Shown one piece after another: positions 1 to 11,086 of a stretch of 64,000 nucleotides of DNA (its first letter is position 1; each line of letters begins with the position of its first letter). Position numbers and translations under genes: made by a program. The stretch comes from Epithemia pelagica (lineage: Eukaryota; Protista; Bacillariophyta): NCBI GenBank assembly GCA_946965045.2, contig OX337230.1, positions 3,658,001 to 3,722,000 on the forward strand, read 5' to 3'. Below the pieces are notes generated by a model. It was not told where the DNA came from, did no database searches, and worked only from the letters and a program-made list of their open reading frames with translations.

Positions 1-1
1 C

Positions 2-256
2 AAGACCTGCTATTGTCGCTCCCGTTGTGGTGCCAACTTTCACACAGCCTGCATTCAGCATTGGCTGCGATCGCAACGCAGTGAACCAACCTGTCCCATG
101 TGTCGTGGTCCATGGGAAGATCCAGACAAGAAAAAGACTAGCGGCGACGACGAAGGCTATACCAATTTGGGACGCCTACAAGGACAGTCACCGGATCGTG
201 ATACGAGCACCTATCATTACGAGTACAGAGGGTACAAGAGATACCGACGCTGGTAA
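2..256 (+). CDS. 3' end (partial) of a RING-finger protein, SWIM/RING (ZSWIM2/MEKK1-like) type
   Basis: Not in the ORF track. Frame +2 reads KTCYCRSRCGANFHTACIQHWLRSQRSEPTCPMCRGPW...EGYTNLGRLQGQSPDRDTSTYHYEYRGYKRYRRW* (TAA 254-256). C-x-H-x2-C-x3-W...CPMCR is a RING C-terminal half; the EGY.N...RD.STY tail resembles SWIM-RING proteins as I recall them. Confidence 0.8.
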   Translation, partial: KTCYCRSRCGANFHTACIQHWLRSQRSEPTCPMCRGPWEDPDKKKTSGDDEGYTNLGRLQGQSPDRDTSTYHYEYRGYKRYRRW

Positions 257-672
257 TAGTCGATGTGGCCCACTCTATCGTATAGAAAGTCAAAGCGAAC
301 GAAAAGACTTGAAAACTTGACTACGAAAAACTGGCATATTAAAAAGGAGTCACCGGATCGTGATACGAGCACCTATCATTAGGAGGACAGAGAGTACAAG
401 AGATACCGACGCTGGTAACAGTTGATGTGGCCCACTCTATCGCATAGAGAGTCAAAGCGAACGAAAAGACTTGAAAATTTGATGGCGAAAAACTGGCATA
501 ATAAAAAGGAGTCACCGGATCGTGATACGAGCACCTATCATTACGAGGACAGAGGGTACAAGAGATACCGACGCTGGTCAAAGTCGATGTGGCCCACTCT
601 ATCGTAGAGAGCCAGAGCGAACGAAAAACAAAACTTGAAAAATTGATTGCGAAAAACTGGCATATTAAAAAG
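187..672 (+). repeat. Three tandem copies of a 162-bp unit spanning the RING gene stop codon and 3' UTR
   Basis: GTCACCGGATCGTGATACGAGCACCTATCATT recurs at 187, 349 and 511 (period 162). Confidence 0.95.
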
Positions 673-1379
673 GCTTCCATATGTCTTGTCGTGAAAGATA
701 CTTTGAAAGCTGGAGATGAAAAGTACCCACCGACGCTAAATGACAATGGTTCGAAGTCAACACCCAACTTCCCGCAGACGAATTTCCGACACCAAGGACA
801 GGAACAGGCAAAATACCTCAAGTATAAACACGTTGTTTGTCTGAAATCTCAAGTCCTGGTTGTAGTCTTTGGTGCCAGTGACACGGGCCAATCTGTGGAA
901 CTGATGGCACGAAGTGCGTACACGTGGTCAGCTCTCATCTGTCCAAAGTAGGGTGGTCTCGTTGGGATGAAACGTAATTATAGTGAGACACACACTGACA
1001 AGGAGCAACGGTATAGGAGGACACTTTCGAGCTCATGAAGAAACTATGCACAATGATAACGAATGGGAATCTTCAATCTTTGATGACAGATACGTCCAGT
1101 GTGTGAAGGGGGTTAATGAGCTTCGAATTGTCTTGTGTCTAGGTAGATGAGATTTGTGGGCGCTGATTGCCAATGACAGCACTTTTGCTTAAAAAGGCTT
1201 GTCAGTGTCTGTGTGGGGCAAGGCCCACACCATCACCTTGTCCCGCAACTCTTGTGCCCACATTTTTCGGGTGGAAACAAGGGCCGCGTGCCTCATGGAC
1301 CCAAAGAGCCCAAACAATGCCCTGCTGCTCGGTTTCCTCCTAGCACAATAGATGTGTTGTTCTATGATGATGATGATGA

Positions 1380-2789
1380 TTATTCCTCGACCCGATGAAT
1401 CGGACCATTGGGAATCCCTGCCAAACGACTGCGTTGGTACAAGTGTTCGTCCTGCACCACATCTGTCGCAGTGGTCCACCAAACGGGTGCACCAGCGTGT
1501 CCTGGCTGTTCTTCTTCTTCTTCTTCGTGGCTGTTGTTGTTGCTGTTGTTGTTTTGGTTGCCCTCCAATGGTTCCTGTAAAGTCCCGAGTACTGGCAAAA
1601 GGATTGGGGGGACAATCTGACTCCAACGATGGACTTGCTGTTCCATTGTCTCGTGATCAAAGGGAGATTCGTCGTGTAGTGTATACGTACGCTTCAAACT
1701 CGGGGCACAACTACTACTCGTACTAATAGAACTTTGCTGCTGCTGCAAGAAGGAGTAGGGTTGGTCAATGAGGATCCACGGAATGACAATCTCGGGATAA
1801 TCACGGCCTCCAGAACCGGGAGGACTTGCATAAGAAAAGAGAAAGGCACCCGCCTCTTGGTATGGATCGCGCAAAAAAGGTGTATCATAGACAAGACATC
1901 CCTGATAGTGTCCGCGAGTGGAGACAATGGGTTTCCAATCCACCAGTCGACATGGCACCAACGGTGCATGGAAAATCGTTCGACGACGATACATTGGATC
2001 GGTCCTTGTCGTCGTACTACGACTACTGCTTTGACGGAGTGACGCTCCTTGCCAGCACAAGGTGGACAGTTTGGCATGTCTCAAATCGGCTTCGCCTCGG
2101 GCATCGACATGAATTCGTACTTGATGACGACAATTGTCGTATTGCAAGGAATGGACCTGACAGGCATAATAGTTGTGGTTGGTCAACTGTCGATTGTGGG
2201 CCTGATTCTATTTCCAAAAGCTTGTTTCATGCACCGTCAGGGTGGGAACCGCACCCCGACGATTGTCGTCCACAATCATGGCGCGCCAGCAATTGTAATG
2301 ATGATGCTTCGGATGAGTTGTGGTTCTTTTAGTTGTTGTTGTTGTTGTTGGAGGACACTTTTTCTTGCGTTTTCTCTTGTTGGTTGGCTGGTCATTCTCG
2401 GACTCCTCCTCCTCTTCCTTGTCTGCATTGGTATTGTTGTCGTTGTCGGTAGTGCTGTTGTACAAGTGAACCGTGGCAGTGGCCATGCGTCGTCCAAAGC
2501 ATTCGTATGCTGCCGCTTTCCATACCTCGGGATACTGAACCGTCAAGGAATAAAAGGTCTTGTTGACTCTGGCACACGACAAGGCCAAGTCTCGGACCGT
2601 ACCAAAGGACAAGACCTGGACCAACAATTCCACGGGCACAATCTGCAACAACAAGGAAGAAGAAGAAGAAGAGGAACTTGATGAGGATGATGCAGCGTCG
2701 GTTTCATTCGACGTTGGAGGAGGAGAAGGAGGAGGAGACATCGTCGTCGTCGTCATATGGCAACTACTATCTAGAGGATCAGCCATCAT
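1380..2789 (-). pseudogene. F-box protein gene interrupted by one in-frame TAG (2210-2208)
   Basis: F-box-like LLQIVPVELLVQVLSFGTVRDLALSCARVNKTF. ORFs 2208..2837 and 1380..2186 are in the same frame: TTT TGG AAA TAG AAT CAG GCC. Likely ATG at 2789. Confidence 0.7.
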
Positions 2790-2938
2790 GGATTCATGGT
2801 CTCTCCACAAAAAAGTGTGAAAAAAAAAGATCGTCACGATTCACGACTCACGACTCTCACGAAACGCGACTACTTTCTTTGGAGCGACCTACAAGCGGTC
2901 TAAACGTGACTAAAGAATGAGTCCTGGACGGTGGAACA

Positions 2939-5749
2939 ATGGCCATTCGATGCTTTATTCCTTTCAACGGGCCAAACCAAAGAATGTGGCGCATCCCGAG
3001 GTGGTTGTTTCTTCGGGTGCTCTTTGTACTGGCATGGACCAAGGTCCTATTGGTACACCGACAACCACAGGACATGGCACAAGCCGCAAACGTGCCAGCC
3101 GCCATTCGTGCCGAAAAAAGTGTCAACGATGATCCGATTCGTACGATCGAGCAATCCATCCTGGAGGGAGAACCGACGAAACCCCTGCCCTTTTCCTTTT
3201 CGTCTCGTGTTTCCACAACGGCTCCCCTTGTGAGTAGTCTTGTCGTCGAGGACGACCCTTATAACAAGACGACGACAACGACGAATCCATACCATTGGAA
3301 GATTCAAGACAATCACATTTTGATTGTGGAGAATACCACATGGAGTGCCGCTTCCATTGTCCAAAATGCCTTGGTCTTGGACAAGACCATCCTAGTCTTT
3401 CCTGGAGCCACCTTGACCATTCAAGGACGGCCTCTTGGGACCTCCGAAACAACCAACGACCACCTACAAGAGGAAGAAGAAGAAGTGAACAGTCAGCAAG
3501 AGAAAAGTTTCAACAACCAGGAGGATGATCGTCCAATGGACCCATTTGTGGTTGTATTTTTGGACGACACTTACGACGACGTTAGTATTACCCTGCACCC
3601 TGGTGCCCATATTGTCTTGGACCATGTCGTCTTTTGGAATCCCAATCAGGACAAGAACGAGACCAATTCTAGTGATTTCAGTAGTAGTGACATGTACAGC
3701 GTGCCCTCTCGAGGTCCTGCCTTGCAAACAATGGGCGATTCCTTTGATTATGTGGATATTCTCAAGAATGATCCAAGACCTACAATTTGGGCCCGACATT
3801 GGGAGTGCCACTTGGTGTCGTCGCAGTGTTTGTCCAGTTGGGGAAATGTGGAGATTTCGCACAGTCGCTTTCACGTGTCGGGTCCCACCTCCTATGCGAT
3901 TGCCGCATCGTGGGGAAAGGTGCACATTCATCATTCTAGGTTTGTCACGACGCAGGGCGCTTGTGGTCTTGTTCCCAATCAGCCAGGATCACCGAGCAAT
4001 GGTCTCGGCGTGACGATTGTACAGTCACAGTTTGATGCGGGCGACACGGGCTTTGACGATTCCTATTTTACATCGGAATGGTACGATTGTATCGATTCCG
4101 TCAACACGTACAGTACCGCGGTTCAAGTACCCGAGGCGGTTTCCTTGACCATTGATCAAAGTACCTTTGTGGGCTACCACAAGGCCATTGTGGCGGGAGG
4201 TGAGGGTCAAGCTGTGGTGACCAATTGTACCTTGATGGGCAACAAATTTGGCTTCATGGGGTACGACAATGGCTACCTAAGTCGAGGCCGAATCGAGGAT
4301 TGTTATTTTTGGCGCAATGGAATTGCCCAAATTGGACACGATGCCGCTCGAAACTTGTATGTAGAAAATGTCGTGGCCTATCAAGCCACACGGTCCGCGG
4401 TAGACTTGTTGATGTATCGCAACATGGTGGGATTTTGGATTTCCAATGCCAATGATTATACGAATAATCATGGTGTTTTGGTACCCTATGCATGGAAAAC
4501 CTGGGATGATATATCCCCGGATGCCGGACGACACGTGTCGAATCTCACCTTTCTCGGCAATGGTGTGGCCGTCCTGGGGACCATTTGGATCCCCCCTCGT
4601 GGTGGAAATGTGAATTTTATGAATTCTGGTTGGTATCACATTGATTATACTGGAACTGCCACGGTGCCCTTGCTCGAGGACATTATGTGGAGCAATACTG
4701 GACAAGCTCGTACCGTTTCCGAACAGGCTGTTCGCGAAAAGATTCGCGATGGCTTTTCCGGTGGTGGTCCGGGCATTGTCCAAATCAATGTGACTGGTGC
4801 TCCCGTATCGCCCTTTCGGCATTCCATGTTTTCGCCAAGCTCATTTACAGCTCCGTACACTCCGCCCACCTTGGCGGAATGGTTTCAAACCAAACAATTC
4901 CAGCCAGTGGACCCCACCATTGTGCATCAAACACCACCTCTACCCAGCACACAATACCTTGATCTGCCGGAGGAATTGGCAAAGCACAACATGTCCGACT
5001 GGTTGGGATTGAACGAAACCAAGAACGTCACGTCCAACGAAAATGCACAGAGCCACAATGACGACGACCACCACAAGATTGTTTGCAATCCTCGTACTGA
5101 CAACAACCACAAACAAGAGGTACAAGAGGATGATCCTCTAGCCGTCATTGTGAAGATCCATACAGCATGGTCTACCTGTGCCCAGCTTTCCGCCTCCTCT
5201 GAGGAAGAATGGCAGAGGTGGTGTTTGGCTCCCGATTCCATGGCTGCCATGGTTTGTCCTCGCTTATGTGCCTGTGGACCCATGATTCGTAATCATTCAG
5301 ACTCTTCGGTTGGTATCTCTGAACCGCCGATGCTCGAGGAGGAAGGACCACCACCCACGGTCGCCATGATGACGGCCACTGCTAGTACTACGCTCTTTCG
5401 GCCCGACGACGGCTTGGCGGATCCCACCACAACAGGAGGAAACGCTTCCACGACCACGGGAAATGCGGCGGACGACTTGTCGGGGATAAACACACCGCCG
5501 AGCAACGCGTTTCTGGACAGTCTCGTCCATTCATGGTGGTTCGTTGGAATGTGTTGCGTGTACTTGACTGTGCTTCATTTGCTCTTGGTGTTTCTCGTAC
5601 GACACTGGTGGTTGTCGTCGTCATTGCCGTCGCCACTGTTGCCAACACAGGACTGTTGCACAACGACTCATCCAACGGATCATCTGCCAATCCAGTCCAG
5701 TAGTAGTACCAGACGTGGTGGTTACACGTCGGTACCAACCAGCGAGTGA
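2939..5749 (+). CDS. Secreted, membrane-anchored protein with a pectin-lyase-like right-handed beta-helix region (paralogue 1, 936 aa)
   Basis: Hydrophobic N-terminal signal, beta-helix-like repeats (ISHSRF, IHHSRF, IVQSQF, IDQSTF, VTNCTL, IEDCYF), Cys-rich motif TCAQL...WC...CPRLCACG, C-terminal TM segment WWFVGMCCVYLTVLHLLLVFLV. Confidence 0.7.
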   Translation: MAIRCFIPFNGPNQRMWRIPRWLFLRVLFVLAWTKVLLVHRQPQDMAQAANVPAAIRAEKSVNDDPIRTIEQSILEGEPTKPLPFSFSSRVSTTAPLVSSLVVEDDPYNKTTTTTNPYHWKIQDNHILIVENTTWSAASIVQNALVLDKTILVFPGATLTIQGRPLGTSETTNDHLQEEEEEVNSQQEKSFNNQEDDRPMDPFVVVFLDDTYDDVSITLHPGAHIVLDHVVFWNPNQDKNETNSSDFSSSDMYSVPSRGPALQTMGDSFDYVDILKNDPRPTIWARHWECHLVSSQCLSSWGNVEISHSRFHVSGPTSYAIAASWGKVHIHHSRFVTTQGACGLVPNQPGSPSNGLGVTIVQSQFDAGDTGFDDSYFTSEWYDCIDSVNTYSTAVQVPEAVSLTIDQSTFVGYHKAIVAGGEGQAVVTNCTLMGNKFGFMGYDNGYLSRGRIEDCYFWRNGIAQIGHDAARNLYVENVVAYQATRSAVDLLMYRNMVGFWISNANDYTNNHGVLVPYAWKTWDDISPDAGRHVSNLTFLGNGVAVLGTIWIPPRGGNVNFMNSGWYHIDYTGTATVPLLEDIMWSNTGQARTVSEQAVREKIRDGFSGGGPGIVQINVTGAPVSPFRHSMFSPSSFTAPYTPPTLAEWFQTKQFQPVDPTIVHQTPPLPSTQYLDLPEELAKHNMSDWLGLNETKNVTSNENAQSHNDDDHHKIVCNPRTDNNHKQEVQEDDPLAVIVKIHTAWSTCAQLSASSEEEWQRWCLAPDSMAAMVCPRLCACGPMIRNHSDSSVGISEPPMLEEEGPPPTVAMMTATASTTLFRPDDGLADPTTTGGNASTTTGNAADDLSGINTPPSNAFLDSLVHSWWFVGMCCVYLTVLHLLLVFLVRHWWLSSSLPSPLLPTQDCCTTTHPTDHLPIQSSSSTRRGGYTSVPTSE

Positions 5750-5784
5750 ATCGAGCCGCCCAACAAGTCCCTGAGGAGCCATCC

Positions 5785-6085
5785 ACCGCGGCGAACGACT
5801 AGTTGGGCATAGCCAAACAGCCAGTACCATCGAGCAACGAGCTTCTTGACGAGCCTGGTCCATTCGTGGTGGTTCGTTGGGTGTGTTGCTTGACTGTCCT
5901 CCATCCTCCATGTACGTTTGGTGTTCCTTTTACGACAATGGTAGTGGTCGTCGCCGTTGTCTCCGCCGGCACAGGATTCTACAGCAACAACTATACTCCA
6001 ACACTACATCCGTTCCAGTCCAGTCCCGACGTGATAACACTTCGGTACCAGCCACCGAGTCGATGGACACCCCTACGGCTTGTGC
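5785..6085 (+). pseudogene. Decayed extra copy of the beta-helix gene 3' end (TM and cytosolic tail)
   Basis: GTCCATTCGTGGTGGTTCGTTGG...CAGGATTCTACAGCAAC...ACCGAGTCGATGGACA aligns to the 3' ends of both paralogues, with frameshifts. Confidence 0.75.
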
Positions 6086-6304
6086 CTCGACCAATCTTCT
6101 TGTGACTCCAAGCATATGTTGAATTATTTATTTTTCAGAGAGCATTGCCAATCCATGAGAATCGGAAAGCGCTCCCCGAAAGAACCATTTCATGAATATT
6201 AGCGCTTAAAGAGTTTCTCACACATGTATTACTAACTAGTACTCATACGGATGAATGGCGGGTTCTTCTTTGTTCATTTCTGCATCTCCCATTCCATTCC
6301 TGCT

Positions 6305-9300
6305 TTAGTCGAAACCACTTCCCACGGCCGGGTTGGACCACGGTTGTTCTCCTCCAGTTGGCGGCCAAGGCACCTGATTGTTGTTGTAATTGTCCACGCC
6401 ACCAGTACTTCGCTGGAGAGCAATGCGTTCATTGACTACAGTCACGACAATGGTGTCACCTTCGCTCCATTCTCCATTGAGAATACCACGTGCAATGACA
6501 GTCTCTAATTCACGTTGCAAGGTTCTCTTCAATGGTCGAGCACCGTAAATAGGATCAAAGCCAACATCGGCCAAGAAATCCAATGCGGCATCCGTCATGT
6601 GCAAGGTCAACTCGCGTTCGGACAAGCGCTGTTCCAAACGACGACATTCCAACTTGACAATCTGGCGCAAGGCAGTCTTGGACAAACTGTTGAAAATGAC
6701 GTATTCGTCAATGCGATTCAAGAATTCTGGTTTGAAATGATTCTTCATGGCCGTGGTGACACGTTCGCGCATCAAATCTTGTTGTTCGGGGCCGACATCT
6801 TCGCCAGTGCTGGTGGTACCCAAATCCAGAATATCTTGGGAACCAATATTGGATGTGAAAATGACAATGGTATTGCGGAAGTTGACCGTGTTGCCCTTGG
6901 AATCGGTTAAACGACCATCATCTAAGAGTTGGAGCAAAACGTTGAAGACGTCGGGATGGGCCTTTTCCATTTCATCCAAGAGCAAGACGGCATAGGGTTT
7001 ACGACGGACCGCATCGGTCAATTGTCCGCCTTCGTCGTACCCCACATAGCCGGGCGGGGCACCCAACAAGCGCGAAACCGTGTGCTTTTCCATATATTCG
7101 GACATGTCAATTCGGATCAAGGCATCTTCACTGTCAAATAGGAAATCCGCAAGGGCCTTGCAAAGTTCTGTTTTTCCAACTCCGGTTGGACCCAAAAAGA
7201 TGAGGGAGGCAATGGGTTTGGACGGATCGTTGAGACCGGCGCGTGATCGTTGGACAGCTTCGGTGACGACTTGAATGGCTTCGTCTTGTCCCATGACCCG
7301 TTCGCGCAACTTTTCGCCCATGTTCAAGATGCGGTCCTTTTCGCTTTCCAAGAGTTTTTGAGGCGGCACACCGGTCCAGACTGCCACCACGGCGGCAATG
7401 TCATCGGCCACGACTTCGTCGCGCAACATTTTTTCTCCATTGTCTCCCACCGCATCGGCCTTGTCGCTATTAATGGCTTCCATTTGCGTCAATTCTTGTT
7501 GCAAGGCCGGCAGAGTCTTGTATTTGAGTTCCGCGGCCTTGTTGAGATCATATTCTCGTTCAGCCTTTTCAATTTCCAAATTGACGGCCGCAATGCGTTC
7601 CTTCAACTCATTGCTGGTATCGACGCCGCCCTTTTCGGCCTGCCAACGACGATTCAATTCTTCTTGTTGACGCTTGAGAGAATTGAGCTCTTCGTCAATC
7701 TTTTCAATCCGGGCCGCTTCTTCCTTGGCGGCGCGACTGCTGTACCCGTCATCGGCGTCGATACTTTCAAAGTCAGATTGCAACGACAGACGTTCCATTT
7801 CCAATTGAATAATGCGTCGATCAATTTCATCCAAAACGGTTGGTTTGGATGTGATTTCATTCTTGAGTTTGGCACAGGCTTCATCGACCAAATCAATGGC
7901 CTTGTCCGGCAAGAATCGATCGGGAATGTACCGATGACTCAATTTGGCCGCAGCCAAGAGGGCTTCGTCCCGAATGCGGACTCCATGATGCAATTCGTAG
8001 TTGGGTTTCAATCCTCGCAAAATACTCACGGTATCTTCCGGCGACGGTTGATCAATCATGACTTGTTGAAAGCGTCGTTCCAGGGCCTTGTCTTTTTCAA
8101 TAAATTTGCGATATTCATTCACGGTCGTGGCCCCAATACAGCGCAATTGTCCGCGGGCCAGGGCTGGTTTGAGCAAGTTGCTGGCATCCATACTCCCCTG
8201 GGCGGCGCCGGCCCCCACGACGGTATGCATTTCATCAATAAAGAGAATAATTTCGCCATCACTCTTGGTGACTTCTTCCAAGACGGCCTTGAGACGTTCT
8301 TCAAATTCTCCTCGCATACTGGCACCGGCCACGAGAGCGCCCATGTCCAATCCAATCAAGCGACAATCGCGCAAACTTTCCGGGACATCGCCATCTACCA
8401 TGCGCTGGGCAATGCCTTCGGCGACGGCCGTCTAAATATAGTGTAGAGAGGTGGAGAGAGAGAGAGAGAAAGAGAGCAAAAGAAGAAGGAATCGAATGCC
8501 AGTAAAGAGAATGAATCACATTCGAACAAGCACAAAGGAAACAAGCTGGAGTGAGGCTTTTTTGTTTCATTGATTCATCTCCAACAATTCCAGACAAGAC
8601 CAGGATCGTCTGGAATCCTCGTCGTCGTCCTTGTCGTCCTCGTCGCCCATTCGTTGGTTCGGTATATCACACACGCACCTTTCCAACACCGGGATCTCCA
8701 ATCAAGACGGGATTGTTTTTGGTCCGTCGACTCAAAATTTGAATGGCCCGTCGAATTTCATCGTCTCGTCCAATGACGGGATCGAGTTTGCCCTCCTTGG
8801 CCTTTTCGGTAAAATCAATGCCATATTTCATCAAGGCTTCGTACATGGTTTCGGCGCCGCGACTATTGGCCGGTCCCGATTTTTCTCGCATGGATTGGAC
8901 AACTTTCAACAAATCTTGGTAGCTGACACCCTGTGCCTTTAATGCGTCTTGGAAAAATCGATCGTCTTCCTTGGCCAAGGCCAACAACAAGCCTTCGCTC
9001 GACACAAAGGAATCCTAGAGAGAGAGGAATACGAAAACAGCAACAACAGGCAGAAAAAAACACACAAAACACAGTTAAAACAAACAAACAGACCATGAGA
9101 AACTCGAACCAGTCACGTGCCAACCGTGCGAATCCTTCCACACCAACAACAAACATCATCACTACTACCAAAAGAGGCATCGCCACCTCTCCCCCATTGG
9201 TACCACCTTCACAACCACAATCACCACCAAAAGAGAAAAACGACAACCACACTTACTCCCAAGACTGTTTTGCCATCGCGTGCCGTTTCCAAAACTTTTT

Positions 9301-9844
9301 GGAGGGATCGTGCCATGGTTTTTTGTTGCGCACTGCCCTGAACCTTGGGTTGTTTGCTCAAGTAGGTTTCCAACGAGGCTCGCAACACTTTGAGATCAAG
9401 GCCCGTCTTGGCCAAGGTGGTTTCGACGACGCGTTGGGCCGATTGGGCTGCTTCGCCAGCGCCATGCTTGGCTGGATTCAACAGTACATCGAGCAAAATG
9501 ACGGCTTCCACCGTACTGGCTTGATAATAATCGGCCGCCTTGGTCAAACTGGCAATCGCCGCCCACGCCGCTTCGGTATACTTGTTTTCACTAAAATCGT
9601 CCGACGACGACAAGTGCAATCGACTGGACGACGAACGAGGACGGAACCGAAAGGATGGTGGGGACACTGCCAGTGGACTTGTCGTCGTCGTCGTCGTCAC
9701 GAGGGACGATGACGACGACAAGGTTCGAGAGGGAGGAGCATACTGAGGATGGGGAGGACAAAAGGCATGACACGTCAATGTCGTGGTCGTCGTCGTGAGG
9801 GTGGCCACCGCCACCCAAGAATAAGTGGAGCCTGAAATCTTCAT
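6305..9844 (-). CDS. clpB: ATP-dependent disaggregase ClpB, plastid-targeted; exons 9844-9257, 9014-8679, 8431-6305 (1016 aa)
   Basis: Walker A motifs GDPGVGK|TAV and [35 protein letters not shown], and a coiled-coil middle domain. Two phase-0 GT-AG introns (GTAAGT at 9256, GTGCGT at 8678) give an intact frame. Signal peptide ends TCHA-FCP, consistent with the diatom ASAFAP rule (F at +1). Confidence 0.95.
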
Positions 9845-10749
9845 GAGGAATCAGCAAGGCGTTTCTGGTTCGTCGTCGTCAATAGACGAGGGATCTTCTT
9901 GTTGTCTGAAAAAATGAGGGACCACAGAGTGACACCCAATCACACACCAACCAAAGAGTCAAGGAAGCAACGAAGGAAGCGAATCGAATCTCAAGGAGGA
10001 ATCCAAAACTAATGAGAGACAAGAGAAAAACGAGAAGCTCTCACAACGACAGGTGTTGAGTTGAATGAATAACAAGACAACACAGAAGAGAATGGGATTG
10101 CGAAAAGATCCGCGAGAATCTTGTTGTCGTTGTCTTTGGTGTGAGTTTGGATGGGGGTGCACGGCGCGGTTTTGACACCATGGCACGCCCAATTTTCCAC
10201 GTGGAACTCTTTATGGGACTGATTCATCCGCGCATTGGTGGGAGGGTGCACGTCTGGCTCGTTGGTGCATGTGGTGGGGTGGAAAGGGTGCGACACCTCC
10301 CCACCACATCGGCAAAAAACTACTCCTATGGGACATATCTTCTCACAAACCATAGTTCCACGAATGCGTTCCAAGTTCCCATCATGGAACGATTCCTCCA
10401 TGTTGGTTGATTGTTGAAACTAGAAAATCATCCTCATTCCATCATCCAAAAGACCTACCTGCCTACCTAGTTTGTTCCCCCAACGACGCTTGTTCGCGCG
10501 GGGGGTTGTGGAGAATGCGGCACCTCCACAACAGGACAAGTGTGATTGGTATGGGCCACCTATATATTACCCTTAGCTACAGTGCTCTCACATTCCTATC
10601 CTGCAGAAGAAACCGTGTGCTGAATACAGGGAACCCAGTTCTTGCCAACACCAAGGATATCGCAAAAGCCCTCACACACAGCACAGGAATGAGTCCACAA
10701 CGAATGCTGCGTGTCAATGGCGGCGGGGACTTCATTCGAACAAAACAGG

Positions 10750-10990
10750 GTCGATTCACTCGTGTACCGACGGGTGAAATACTGTCTGCTAGTACTACTA
10801 CCACTGGACCGCACCGACAAATGGTCCGTGAGTTGTGCAAGAGTCCTGTGTTGGCCATATAGTGGCGACGGCAATGACAACCACCACCATTGTCGTAGAA
10901 AAAAAAACACCAAAACCACGGGAAGGACAATCAAGTATACACGCGAGACACACATTTCCACAAACCACCACGAGGAAACGACCAAAAATA
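10750..10990 (-). pseudogene. Decayed extra copy of the beta-helix gene 3' end downstream of paralogue 2
   Basis: Minus strand TCATTGCCGTCGCCACT...CCAACACAGGACT...GTAGTAGTAC...GAGTGAATCGA matches the end of paralogue 1 (about 5620-5755). Confidence 0.75.
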
Positions 10991-11086
10991 CCAACAAAGG
11001 CCTAATACGTACGTGCATAAAGGGTCTCATAGAATCCGGTTGCCAACCGATATCCAAAGCGCCCTCCCACACACACATGACATGAA

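Noticed and set aside
8440-8490. (GA)n, (GTC)n and (CAA)n runs here and throughout
   Set aside because: Ordinary microsatellites that are pervasive in this genome; not individually informative.
6515-9712. Long plus-strand ORFs opposite ClpB (e.g. 7250..8446, 398 aa)
   Set aside because: These are antisense shadows of a codon-biased conserved gene with no recognisable motifs. The same applies to ORFs opposite the beta-helix, GK, EamA and retroelement genes.
10009-10740. Cys-rich short ORFs upstream of ClpB
   Set aside because: Short, mostly without ATG starts, and no coherent domain pattern.
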